DNA of 64,000 nt from Rhodospirillales bacterium. GTDB taxonomy: Bacteria > Pseudomonadota > Alphaproteobacteria > Bin95. The DNA lies in NCBI GenBank assembly GCA_038143065.1, contig JAYQLI010000035.1, positions 2,752,894 through 2,816,893 of the forward strand, written 5' to 3'. Both the position numbers and the translations under genes were made by a program. Under the pieces are notes generated by a model. The model had not been told where the DNA came from. It ran no database searches and saw nothing but the letters and a program-made list of their open reading frames with translations. This document shows positions 54,703 through 64,000 of this stretch, piece by piece (within the stretch, counting starts at the first letter, position 1; every line of letters begins with the position of its first letter).

Positions 54703-55302
54703 ATGCCTACAATAAGTGAAACCACTAAAATACCTGCGCCGATAGAACAGGTGTGGCCGTTGCTTCGCGATCCTGCTGTAGTAGCGTCTTGTATTCCTGG
54801 TGCCGAATTATCGCCTGGCAGTAAGGAAGGGATGTGGAAGGGCGCAATAAAAGTAAAATTTGGTCCAACTGTTGCGTCATTTAAGGGTGAAGCATCCCTT
54901 GATTACGATGACGCCGCAAAAACCTGTAAAATCCAAGGCCGAGGGATCGACGGACGTGGGGCATCCCGAGCGCTGGCATCCGGATTGATGACTGCAGACG
55001 GTGATGCTGAGACAACCCTAAAAATTGACGGGGATTTTACTGTTACCGGACCATTAGAAACTTTTGCAAACGCTGGTGGAGTTCATGTAGCGCGCGCACT
55101 GCTCGCTGAGTTTTCTCAGAACTTAGCGCTTAAAGTTGGCTCTGCTGGAGATGATTTGGAAACTGAAGGACAAGAAAAAGAAATGCAGTCAGCCGCTGAG
55201 CAGTCTGATGCAGTTAAGCAAGCAACAGAACTAAATGCTGTCTCTCTTTTCTTTCAAACCTTGAAATCAATGATTGCCGGCTTTTTTAGCCGAAAGGGAT
55301 AA
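54703..55302 (+). CDS. SRPBCC/CoxG-family ligand-binding protein
   Basis: VWPLLRDPAVVASCIPGA, VKFGPTVASFKG; GGAG RBS. Confidence 0.82.
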   Translation: MPTISETTKIPAPIEQVWPLLRDPAVVASCIPGAELSPGSKEGMWKGAIKVKFGPTVASFKGEASLDYDDAAKTCKIQGRGIDGRGASRALASGLMTADGDAETTLKIDGDFTVTGPLETFANAGGVHVARALLAEFSQNLALKVGSAGDDLETEGQEKEMQSAAEQSDAVKQATELNAVSLFFQTLKSMIAGFFSRKG

Positions 55303-55308
55303 AAAATT

Positions 55309-56973
55309 ATGGAAAACCCAAAAGTTTATGATGTTTTAGCTGAAGCGTTTAAGGGTGAAGGCGTTGAGCACCTTTTCACTTTGATGGGTGATGCCAACAT
55401 GTATTGGGCCCAGAAAATGGCTGACGAATATGGTGTCCAAGTTGTTCATGCGAGACATGAACATTGTGCGGCGGCGATGGCTGATGGGTATGCTCGGGCA
55501 ACAGGGAAAATCGGCGTTGCTTCAACTACATGTGGGCCAGGCTATACGCAAATTATGACAGCTCTCACCATTGCGGCACGAGGCAATGTACCTCTTGTAG
55601 TATTTGCAGGTGATAGTCCCATTGGAGCTGCATGGTATCTGCAGCAGATTGACATGGCCCCACTTGCCCTTGCTTGTGGCGCCCATTTTGTCGCTGTGAA
55701 ATCCCTCGATCGCCTACTGGACAATGTTAGAGAAGCTTTTCATGTAGCAGCAACAGAGAGAAAGCCAGTGGTGCTCTCTGTTCCAATGGATCTGCAAGCT
55801 CAAGAATATCCCTACATGGTGGATTACACTCCTTCTGCTGACCTCGGCCCGATTGCCCAGCGACCTGTTCCTGATCCAGTTTTGGTTGAACGAGTTGTTG
55901 ATATGATTGCTGAAGCAGAACGTCCAATCATTCTAGGTGGTCGAGGAGCGGTTCGGTCTGGTGCGCGAGAAGCTCTTGAAGCTCTCGGTGATAGAGCAGG
56001 TGCGCTGCTCGGAAACTCTCTTTATGGAAAGGGTCTGTTTGATGGAAATCCATACAACATCGAAATAGCCGGTGCTTTCGCGTCTGATTTTGCACGGGAA
56101 CGATTTTCGGAGGCTGACTTAGTTATAGGTGTTGGTGCTGGTCTAGGCCATTACACGACTGAGGGTGGGTATTTGTACCCAATGGCTTCAACCGTGCAAA
56201 TTGATACAAATCCACGGGGGCTATGGCAGGGATTACGCACTGCAGACCTACATATCCGTGCTGATGCTAAGGCAGCCGCTGAGGCAATTTTCGAGGCAAT
56301 GGACCGACGCGGAATTAAGAAAACCGGTCTCAGAACAGCTGAAATGGCGGCTTCAATTGCTGCCGATACTCCAGACTCTAAAGAATTTCCTGTTCAATCA
56401 AACACCGTTGATCCGCGAAAAATTGTCTTAGAGTTAGACCGAACAATTCCAAAAGACTGGGATATAGTCGTGGGAGGTGGACATTATTTTTCAATGGTGA
56501 TGACCCATATGAAAGGACGCCCAGCTGAAAAGTATCATGTTGTGAATGATTTTGGAGCGATTGGATCTGGTTTACCCGCTGCAATAGGAATAGCCGCTGC
56601 AAGAGGCGATGGTAAGGTCGCGTTAATTGAAGGAGATGGCAGTCTGTTAATGAACATCCAAGAGCTCGAAACGATTCAGCGCCACGGTATAAAACTGCTG
56701 ATCAATATAATGAATGATGGAGGATATGGAGCAGAGTTCCATAAGTTCCGTGCTAGAAATATAGAGCCACGGCAGGCTATTCATGGTCGCGGTGATTTGG
56801 CGGCTACTGCTAAGGGGTTTGGTATGCGTTCAGAGACGGTGAACACAATGGGACAAATGTCTGCGTACTTTGGTGAGCATCAGCAGGCCAATATTGCAAC
56901 ACTCTGGGATGTTCATACGGATGATAAAATTCCATCTCGTGCATACAGGAGAGTGCATTTCGGTGAGGCTTAA
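55309..56973 (+). CDS. ThDP-dependent enzyme, acetolactate-synthase-like family, substrate unknown
   Basis: ARHEHCAAAMADGYARATG, TCGPG, GAIGSGLPAAIG, GDGS...MNDGGYG. Confidence 0.85.
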   Translation: MENPKVYDVLAEAFKGEGVEHLFTLMGDANMYWAQKMADEYGVQVVHARHEHCAAAMADGYARATGKIGVASTTCGPGYTQIMTALTIAARGNVPLVVFAGDSPIGAAWYLQQIDMAPLALACGAHFVAVKSLDRLLDNVREAFHVAATERKPVVLSVPMDLQAQEYPYMVDYTPSADLGPIAQRPVPDPVLVERVVDMIAEAERPIILGGRGAVRSGAREALEALGDRAGALLGNSLYGKGLFDGNPYNIEIAGAFASDFARERFSEADLVIGVGAGLGHYTTEGGYLYPMASTVQIDTNPRGLWQGLRTADLHIRADAKAAAEAIFEAMDRRGIKKTGLRTAEMAASIAADTPDSKEFPVQSNTVDPRKIVLELDRTIPKDWDIVVGGGHYFSMVMTHMKGRPAEKYHVVNDFGAIGSGLPAAIGIAAARGDGKVALIEGDGSLLMNIQELETIQRHGIKLLINIMNDGGYGAEFHKFRARNIEPRQAIHGRGDLAATAKGFGMRSETVNTMGQMSAYFGEHQQANIATLWDVHTDDKIPSRAYRRVHFGEA

Positions 56974-57059
56974 AAACACCCTTAAAGTCTCGATATCATA
57001 TTTGCACTGAGCTGTGTTCTAGCAGCCTAAAGTAAGACTGAAAAAGCAGGGGAATAGAA

Positions 57060-58015
57060 ATGCAATTTGGTCTGCATTTTGGATCTCGTGGTAATGCAGG
57101 GGAGCCAGACTCACTAAAAAAGTTAGCACTCTTAGCTGAAAAATTAGGGTATGCCCATTTTGGTATGAGTGATCATGTGGTCGTGGCTGACACGGTTAAC
57201 AGCGCATATCCGTATTCACCAACTGGTCGCTTTTTCGCTCAGGATACTGGCGTTTCGCTCGAGCAAGTAACAGCCCTTAGTTTTGTAGCGGCTGCCACCA
57301 CTAAAATCCGTCTCCTTACCTCTGTTTTGGTTTTGCCTCATCGCCACCCAGTCTTAGCTGCAAAGATGCTTTCTACTGTGGATGTTCTATCTAAGGGGCG
57401 ACTAACTGTGGGTGTTGGAGTTGGTTGGATGGAAGAAGAAATCGCCTTACTTGGTGGTCCACCATTTCAAGATCGAGCAAAAGCTTCAGATGAGTATGTT
57501 CAAGCGTTTCGGGAGATGTGGACTTCAGACCGACCAGATTTTCAGGGCCAGTTTGCTCAAGCAAAGGAGATGTTATTCGCTCTAAGCCTATACAAGCTGG
57601 TGGTGCGCCAATTTGGGTTGGTGGCGAACATCCAGGAGCGAGGAGAAGAGCTGGGCGAATTGGTGATGGCTGGTATCCGGTTGCAGCAAATCCAAAATAT
57701 CCCCTAGATACTCCGGAGCTGTACTATCAAGGACTTACACAAGCCCGAGAAGCCGCTGCGGGGGTAGGGCGTGACCCTTCTCTAACTGGTGCTTTATTGG
57801 CAATTTACAGCAGAATTGGAGACGAGCAGGAAGGTCGGGATGGGAAACGAAAACCTTTCACAGGATCAGCACAAGCAATACTAGATGATATTGAAGCCTA
57901 CCGCTCAAAAGGCATGTCTCATTTCTTGATTGGCGGCGATGGTGATGACTTGCCTAAGACCCTCGAGCGGCTGGAGGAATTTTCGCAGGACGTAATTGCA
58001 AAAGTTGACGGTTGA
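57060..58015 (+). CDS. LLM oxidoreductase, Rv2161c-like; frameshift near 57580
   Basis: SDHVVV...YPYS, LLTSVLVLPHRHPVLAAK, GRLTVGVGVGW, PIWVGG, GDGWYP. Confidence 0.85.
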
Positions 58016-59477
58016 ATGGCACTCAAACCTGATTCCATCAATAGTCTTAAAAACCTTGAGAAATAAATCGCACGCGATTTAGAGCTCCTTTGTTATCCGC
58101 CAAAACCCTGGACACGGGAAATTTTAGGACGTGGTGGTTCTCCGGTCAGCGATGTTTTGATTGTTGGTGCAGGTATGGCGGGTCTAACGGTCTGTTTTGC
58201 TTTACTTCGCCAGGGTATTAATCGCCTTCGTGTGATAGATCATGCAAAAGTGGGCAAAGAAGGCCCATGGGCCACATATGCTCGGATGTTGACCTTGAGG
58301 AGTCCTAATCATCTCTCAGGGCCAGCCATGGGTCTGCCGAATTTGACCTTTCGCGCTTGGTATGAGGCAACTCATGGAAGTTCTACCTGGTCAAGACTAG
58401 GTAAAATTCCGCGACTAGTTTGGATGGATTATCTGCTTTGGTACCGTCGAGTGCTGTCATTGCCTGTCGAGAATGGCATAAGGCTTTTGTCCGTAAAGCC
58501 ATCAGTCCATGGACTTGAATGCAGACTGATTCATAATGACGGGCGAGAAGAGATCGCAACAACGCGTAAACTGGTTTTGGCTACAGGTAGAGAAGGGCAG
58601 GCGCATCCTCGCATTCCAGAGATGCTCAGACCTCATTTAGGAAAGACTGTATGGCACGCTTCTGATGTCATCAATTTTGAGGCTCTGAAGGAAAAGAATG
58701 TTGCTGTAGTGGGCGTTGCGGCCTCTGCTGTAGATAATGCAGCTACTGCTATCGAAGCCGGAGCAAATCATGTCACACTTTTGGTGCGTGCAAATTCAGT
58801 TCCTCGCGTCAACAAGCCAAAAGGTGCTAGCTTTCCTGGCTTTGTTGAAGGTTTTTCAAAATTAAAGCCAAGCATGCGTTTTAAGTTCATGGATTACATG
58901 GCTGCTAAACGTATTCCGCCACCAAGAGACTCGGTTCAACGTCTTTTTAAAAACAGTAATGTAAGTATGTGGTTAGGAGCTCAAATCACAGGAGCGGAAA
59001 CGAATGGAGAGCAGCTTCGTTTGATTACCTCGAAAGGTAACATCATTGTCGATGCAATTATACTTGGCACTGGTTTTTTATATTGATATGACCGCCGCTG
59101 ATGAACTCAGACCTTTTTTGTCAAAAATAATGACGCACGCAGATTTGTTAAATGGCGAACCCATTAATGAGGATAATGAATGGCTAAAGTTTCCAGCTCT
59201 TTCCTCGAGTTTTCAGTATCAAGAAAGAATTAATGGAAGCGCGCCATATCTCAAAAACATTTACTGCTTCAGTTATGCAGCGGCAATGAGTCATGGCAAT
59301 GTTGCAGGTGATATTCCAGCAATAAGTGATGGAGCTGACCGTCTTTCTCGTGGTCTAGTTGGTGATTTGTTTTCTGAGGATGCTGAATTCCATTGGAAAT
59401 CGACATGCAGTTATGAAGATTTCGAACTTTTAGGAGATGAAATTCCCGACATATCCGATTGGGATCCGCCATTGTAG
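58016..59477 (+). CDS. FAD/NAD(P)-dependent flavoprotein monooxygenase (HpyO-like); in-frame TAA at 58064, frameshift in T-run near 59075
   Basis: RDLELLCYPPKPW, IVGAGMAG, EGPWATYARMLTLRSP, VLATG, second Rossmann VVGVAASAVD, ILGTGF, GDIPAISDGADRL. Confidence 0.8.
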
Positions 59478-59487
59478 CGATAATCAT

Positions 59488-59562
59488 TGGCTGGGGCGCC
59501 TGGATTCGAACCAGGGATCACGGGATCAAAACCCGATGCCTTAACCACTTGGCCACGCCCCA
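59488..59562 (-). tRNA. tRNA-Gln (anticodon UUG), CCA encoded
   Basis: TGGGGCGTGGCCAAGTGGTTAAGGCATCGGGTTTTGATCCCGTGATCCCTGGTTCGAATCCAGGCGCCCCAGCCA folds as a cloverleaf; anticodon loop TT-TTG-AT. Confidence 0.97.
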
Positions 59563-59739
59563 TCATTCAATGTGAGCGAGAATATGGCGAAGTGTCTCGT
59601 TAGATGCAACCCAGTTCTAACCAGAAAAAACTACCTCGCTTATCTTTTTACGTCTTTCTAACGAAGACTCTCACAATATAGGTGTTGTATAGACCATCTG
59701 GTCGAAAAACTTACGTCTCTTTTTGGAGTTTGTTACCTT

Positions 59740-60855
59740 ATGTCCGCCAATCTTTTCTCACCAATCAGCCTTCGGGGGCTTACGCTTGCAAATCGGATAG
59801 TTGTTGCCCCGATGTGTCAGTATTCTGCGGTTGAAGGCGTTGCTACTGACTGGCATATGATCCACTGTGGGCAACTCGCTCTTTCTGGAGCAGGGTTAGC
59901 TTTTATCGAGGCAACTGGAGTGGAACCTCGCGGCCGCATTAGCCCAGGCTGTGTGGGACTCTGGGATGATGAGACCGAAGCAGCTCTCAAGCGTGTTGTT
60001 GATGCTTGCCATGTTCATGGCGTGACACCTCTTGGCATCCAGCTTGGACATGCAGGGCGTAAGGCATCTGCCTATGCGCCGCAAGGTGGAGGAGGGCCTC
60101 TCACAGCGGAAGACGGCGCCTGGCAGACGCTTGGCCCCTCAGCTATTGCTTTTGATGATGGTTGGCATACCCCAAAGGCTATGGACCGTGCAGATATGGA
60201 TGCAGTCATTACTGCCTTTGTTGATGCGGCAAAACGATCGGCTCGGATTGGCTTTGTTGCTGCTGAATTGCACTGTGCACACGGGTATTTGCTTTCATCA
60301 TTCTTATCACCCATCGCAAACCGACGTAATGATGCTTATGGGGGTGATATTCATGGCCGGATGAAGTTTCCTTTGGAAGTTTTTGAGGCTACGCGCGCTG
60401 TATGGCCAGAAGATAGACCACTGGGTGTTCGTATGAATGGTGTTGATTGGGATGATCGTGGTCTCATTATTGATGATGCGATCGCCTTTAGTAAGGCTTT
60501 GGCGCCTCTTGGTTGTGACTTCTTCGATATTTCGGGTGGAGGTAATAGTGCCCAAGTACGTCCAGACTTGGGGCCAGGCTATCAAGCTAGTCATGCGGCA
60601 GCAGTTGAAGCAGCCACAGGTGTACCAACGATGGCTGTTGGCATGATTAGGGACCCTAAATTGGCAGATAACCTCATCAAAGATGGAGATGTCTCGATGG
60701 TCGCTCTTGCTCGCGGTCTTTTATATGAGCCCAAATGGCCTTGGCGTGCAGCTTTTGAGTTGGGCGTCGAACCACCAATGCCCGCTCAGCACGGCCGAGG
60801 ATTCCCAACAAAATGGCGCCATGCATTTCCTGAACTTATGGAAGCTAATAAATAA
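59740..60855 (+). CDS. NADH:flavin oxidoreductase (Old Yellow Enzyme, NamA/YqjM-like)
   Basis: NRIVVAPMCQYSA, EATGV...GRI, QLGHAGRKAS, HCAHGYLLSSFLSP..N.R.D.YGG. Confidence 0.92.
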   Translation: MSANLFSPISLRGLTLANRIVVAPMCQYSAVEGVATDWHMIHCGQLALSGAGLAFIEATGVEPRGRISPGCVGLWDDETEAALKRVVDACHVHGVTPLGIQLGHAGRKASAYAPQGGGGPLTAEDGAWQTLGPSAIAFDDGWHTPKAMDRADMDAVITAFVDAAKRSARIGFVAAELHCAHGYLLSSFLSPIANRRNDAYGGDIHGRMKFPLEVFEATRAVWPEDRPLGVRMNGVDWDDRGLIIDDAIAFSKALAPLGCDFFDISGGGNSAQVRPDLGPGYQASHAAAVEAATGVPTMAVGMIRDPKLADNLIKDGDVSMVALARGLLYEPKWPWRAAFELGVEPPMPAQHGRGFPTKWRHAFPELMEANK

Positions 60856-60865
60856 GTTTAATCAG

Positions 60866-61723
60866 TTACTGACTATTGCGGGTTAGACTTTCAGAAACGT
60901 CCCAGAGAAGCTCCTGCGCTTGTTCATCAAGTGCTGGAGCGTCTGGATTTTTCGGTTTGCAGAGATCAAAATACTTTCCCGTTATACCTTCAACTTCTGG
61001 TGAAGTGGCAAGGTGAATTTGGGTTCTTGCTCCCTTTTCGGCTGAAATTGCACCGAAGGTCATGCCTACTGAAACAAGTGCTGCGAACAAACCGCCATTA
61101 TCCTTTGCAAAGCGAGTTTTAACAAATCCTGGGTGTAGAGAATTACATGTGATGCTCTCGCCCTCTAACCTACGAGCCAATGCATTAGAGAACATTATAT
61201 TTGCGAGTTTAGAGCGTTGATAAGCAATCCAACCGCCCCGTATTTTCTTATAAATCTTATTGTTTTCAATATCTTGCAGATCTATTTTAACACCACGGTG
61301 CGCCATGCTCGCAACATTGATTATACGTGCGGATGGAGCAGAGCGCAGGCGGTCGAGTAACAAATTTGATAGAAGAAAATAATTCAAGTGATTGAGTGCA
61401 AATGTTTTTTCTATTCCTTCTGCAGTCTTTTGTTCCTTCCAGAAGATGGTCCCTGCATTATTGATCAAAATATCTAAACTTTCATAAGTCTCGGCTACAT
61501 CTCGGGCAACCCTACGAACATCTCTTTGAAGGGAGAGATCAGCCTGCTTGAAGTATATTTCCTCGTTTCGGCATTGTTGGCGTAATTCACGGGCTACACG
61601 TTCACCTTTTTGTGCGTTTCTAGACACTAAGGCGAGCGTCCACCCAAGCTTGCCGAGTTCTCGTGCCGTTATTAGACCAATGCCATCCGTAGCACCGGTA
61701 ATGAGGCAAACTTTTCGGCTCAT
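60866..61723 (-). CDS. Short-chain dehydrogenase/reductase (retinol-dehydrogenase-like)
   Basis: TGATDGIG, LINNAG, YQRSK (YxxxK), LHPGFVKT. Confidence 0.9.
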   Translation of the reverse strand: MSRKVCLITGATDGIGLITARELGKLGWTLALVSRNAQKGERVARELRQQCRNEEIYFKQADLSLQRDVRRVARDVAETYESLDILINNAGTIFWKEQKTAEGIEKTFALNHLNYFLLSNLLLDRLRSAPSARIINVASMAHRGVKIDLQDIENNKIYKKIRGGWIAYQRSKLANIMFSNALARRLEGESITCNSLHPGFVKTRFAKDNGGLFAALVSVGMTFGAISAEKGARTQIHLATSPEVEGITGKYFDLCKPKNPDAPALDEQAQELLWDVSESLTRNSQ

Positions 61724-61812
61724 GTTAATAACTCCTGATCTATATTCTTGGTATTTAGCCTGAAAAGCGAGTTGTGTTACAGATTCATTCTGAGGATAAC
61801 CAAGGAGTAGTT

Positions 61813-63072
61813 ATGGCTCTTACAGAGGCTGACCTAAGCCGTCTTGCCGCGGCAGTTGACGAAGAACGGCTTTGGCAGATGCATATGGAAATGGCTAAAT
61901 TCGGAGCAACGCCCCGCGGTGGTGTTTGCCGCGAATGTCTTACGCCCGAAGATATTCAAGCTAGACTGCTTCTTAAAAGATGGGCGGAAGACTTAGGCTG
62001 CGATGTTTCAATTGATGCGATAGGAAATATGTTCGTCCGTCGCAACGGATCGGATATGGCCGCTCTCCCCATTGCTACAGGTAGCCATCTGGATAGTCAG
62101 CCAACGGGTGGAAAATTTGATGGTGCCTATGGAGTGTTGGCAGGCATCGAAATGCTATACGCCATGCGTGATGCAAATATTCAAACTGAGCGCTCCATTG
62201 AGGTAGTAAATTTTACTAATGAAGAGGGAGGACGTTTTCAGCCTGGCGTAATGGGAAGCCAGGTTTTTGTTCGCCCAAATGAGTTGGAACGAATGCTTGG
62301 GGTGGTTGGAACAGATGGTGTGACCATGGCAGACGCTTTGGCTGCCTTTATGGCGGAGGTTGGTCCTGTAAATACCAAACCTTTGAAAGCACCTTTTGCA
62401 GGTTTTGTAGAAGCACACATAGAGCAAGCTCCAAGACTGGAAGAAACAGGAAATACAATTGGTGTAGTTACGGGTATACAGGGCGCCCGGAAGTATCAGG
62501 TAACTGTGAAGGGTGAGGAAGCACATTCAGGCACGATGCCCATGCGTCGAAGAAAAGACGCGGTGTTAGCAGCATCAAAAATGGTGGTAGCTCTGCATGA
62601 ATTAATGGCTGATCCAGATGACTTAACCCGGTTCAATGTTGGACGTTTCCAGGCTTATCCAGGTGCTCCTTCCGTTGTTCCAGGAGAAGTCCGTTTTTCA
62701 ATTGATTTTCGATGTCCTAATGATGACCAGCGCGAGGTATTAGGTAATCGTATCGCTGAAGTTTGTTCAACTGTGGCCGGCCCATGTGATGTGGAGGTAA
62801 ATGAAATCCAGCGCGCAGAGACAACACCTTTTGACCCGGGTGTCATGCAGATCATAGCTAGAGCAGCAGATCGTATTAATTGCCCCAGAATGGATTTACT
62901 TTCTGGTGCAGCACACGATGCTCGAAACATGGTGCGGATTTGCCCCCCCGGGATGGTCTTTATTCCTTGTGAGGGAGGTATTAGCCACAATGAGGTCGAA
63001 TCTGCGACGCCTTCTGACCTAGCTGCAGGCGCAAGAGTGATTGCCCAAACTGTTGCCGAGATGGCGGGATAA
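61813..63072 (+). CDS. M20 Zn amidohydrolase (N-carbamoyl-amino-acid hydrolase / beta-ureidopropionase family)
   Basis: GSHLDSQPTGGKFDGAYGV, NEEG.RF, EAHIEQ, HSGT.PM..RKDA, SGAAHDA, GISHNEVE. Confidence 0.9.
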   Translation: MALTEADLSRLAAAVDEERLWQMHMEMAKFGATPRGGVCRECLTPEDIQARLLLKRWAEDLGCDVSIDAIGNMFVRRNGSDMAALPIATGSHLDSQPTGGKFDGAYGVLAGIEMLYAMRDANIQTERSIEVVNFTNEEGGRFQPGVMGSQVFVRPNELERMLGVVGTDGVTMADALAAFMAEVGPVNTKPLKAPFAGFVEAHIEQAPRLEETGNTIGVVTGIQGARKYQVTVKGEEAHSGTMPMRRRKDAVLAASKMVVALHELMADPDDLTRFNVGRFQAYPGAPSVVPGEVRFSIDFRCPNDDQREVLGNRIAEVCSTVAGPCDVEVNEIQRAETTPFDPGVMQIIARAADRINCPRMDLLSGAAHDARNMVRICPPGMVFIPCEGGISHNEVESATPSDLAAGARVIAQTVAEMAG

Positions 63073-63097
63073 ACACTCTACAGGAGAAACTGAAATT

Positions 63098-63559
63098 ATG
63101 ACTTGGCGCGTTTACCTATCTGGAGAAATCCATACATCATGGCGTGATGAAATTGCGCTGGCTGTTGCAGAAAAAGGACTGCCAGTGGAATTTACAGCTC
63201 CAGTGACTGACCATGATGCATCAGACGATTGTGGGGTGTTAATCATGGGGGCTGAAGAAAAAAAATTCTGGCATGATCATAAAGGCGCGAAGCTCAATGC
63301 TATTCGCACGCGGACGTTAATAGAGAAGGCTGATATCGTGATTGTCCGCTTTGGTGAGAAATATAAGCAATGGAATGCTGCATTTGATGCTGGGTTGGCG
63401 GCGGCTTTGGGCAAAAGCCTTATCGTTATGCATCAGCCGGAGCACGCTCATGCGCTTAAGGAAGTGGATGCTGCGGCGCTCGCTGTTATTGAGCAGCCAA
63501 AGCAAGCAGCACTAATTTTAGATTATATAATAAATGGCTCAGTACCTGAGGCATTATAG
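63098..63559 (+). CDS. YtoQ-family protein (nucleoside 2-deoxyribosyltransferase-like fold)
   Basis: VYLSGEIHT.WR, PVTDHDASDDCG, RFGEKYKQWNAAFDAG, HALKEVD. Confidence 0.85.
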   Translation: MTWRVYLSGEIHTSWRDEIALAVAEKGLPVEFTAPVTDHDASDDCGVLIMGAEEKKFWHDHKGAKLNAIRTRTLIEKADIVIVRFGEKYKQWNAAFDAGLAAALGKSLIVMHQPEHAHALKEVDAAALAVIEQPKQAALILDYIINGSVPEAL

Positions 63560-63596
63560 AATTTGCTTTATTTAAAACTGACTTATGGAGAGCCAA

Positions 63597-64000
63597 ATGG
63601 CCGTTGTAGAAACTGAAACGCGAGGCCAGGTCCTGATTGTTCGGATGAACAGGCCAGAGGTGTTGAATGCTTTGAATTATGAGCTGCGAGTAGGCCTCGC
63701 TGAGACTTGGACCATGTTCAGAGAGTCTTCGGATCTAGAGGTTGCTGTGTTTACGGGCACAGGGCGAGGTTTTTGCGCTGGCGAAGATATGAAAGAGGCC
63801 CTGAAAGATAACACACCAGGTGGCCGATCCATCCCAATCGCTGACCCGTTTAAGGATGGTACATTAGAGAAACCTGTTATTGGGGCCATAAATGGCTTTG
63901 CAATGGGCGGTGGTTTCATGCTGGTGGAAGGGACAGATCTTCGTGTTGCAGCAGACAACGCGATATTCGAGGTTTCTGAAGCTAAACGTTGGTTACTTGG
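63597..64000 (+). CDS. Enoyl-CoA hydratase/isomerase family; runs off the window
   Basis: MNRPEVLNALN, GRGFCAGEDMKE, KPVIGAINGFAMGGG read directly from the sequence. Confidence 0.85.
   Translation, partial: MAVVETETRGQVLIVRMNRPEVLNALNYELRVGLAETWTMFRESSDLEVAVFTGTGRGFCAGEDMKEALKDNTPGGRSIPIADPFKDGTLEKPVIGAINGFAMGGGFMLVEGTDLRVAADNAIFEVSEAKRWLL

Noticed and set aside
2100-59100. Frameshifts in rodZ, ispG, hisS, rpsI, argC, tsaD, leuC, ffh, tsf, cdsA, dxr, bamA, the LLM genes and others as pseudogenes or programmed frameshifts
   Set aside because: They hit essential genes, are single-base indels often in short homopolymers, and leave both halves intact. This is the pattern of long-read consensus error.
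53792-59487. Genomic island integrated at the 3' end of tRNA-Gln
   Set aside because: No integrase, and I could not find a duplicated tRNA 3' segment (att site) on the far side.

Overview
A 64 kb chromosomal segment of an alphaproteobacterium. Gene order is Rhodospirillales-like and the organism may be an uncultured marine lineage (inference). Most of the window is housekeeping: ptsP-rodZ-ispG-hisS-prfA-prmC, rpsU/def/COQ9, rplM-rpsI, argC, chorismate mutase-hisC-tyrA, ffh-rpsP-rimM-trmD-rplS-leuCD and rpsB-tsf-pyrH-frr-cdsA-dxr-rseP-bamA-fabZ. These blocks are interspersed with catabolic genes (three luciferase-like oxidoreductases, ThDP enzymes, Fe/2OG dioxygenases, flavoproteins) and one tRNA-Gln(UUG). 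Many essential genes carry single-base indels, often in short homopolymers, which I read as uncorrected long-read errors rather than pseudogenes. The most unusual element is a compact operon at 26068-29678. It encodes divergent copies of all four t6A tRNA-modification proteins (TsaE, TsaB, short TsaC, TsaD) followed by a TauD-family Fe(II)/2-oxoglutarate dioxygenase, and sits head-to-head with an uncharacterised P-loop ATPase plus homoserine O-acetyltransferase pair. It is a candidate paralogous system making a variant carbamoyl-adenosine tRNA modification or a ureido small molecule. A second anomaly is that the conserved envelope operon lacks uppS, skp, lpxD and lpxA/lpxI/lpxB. I found no CRISPR array, integrase or transposase.
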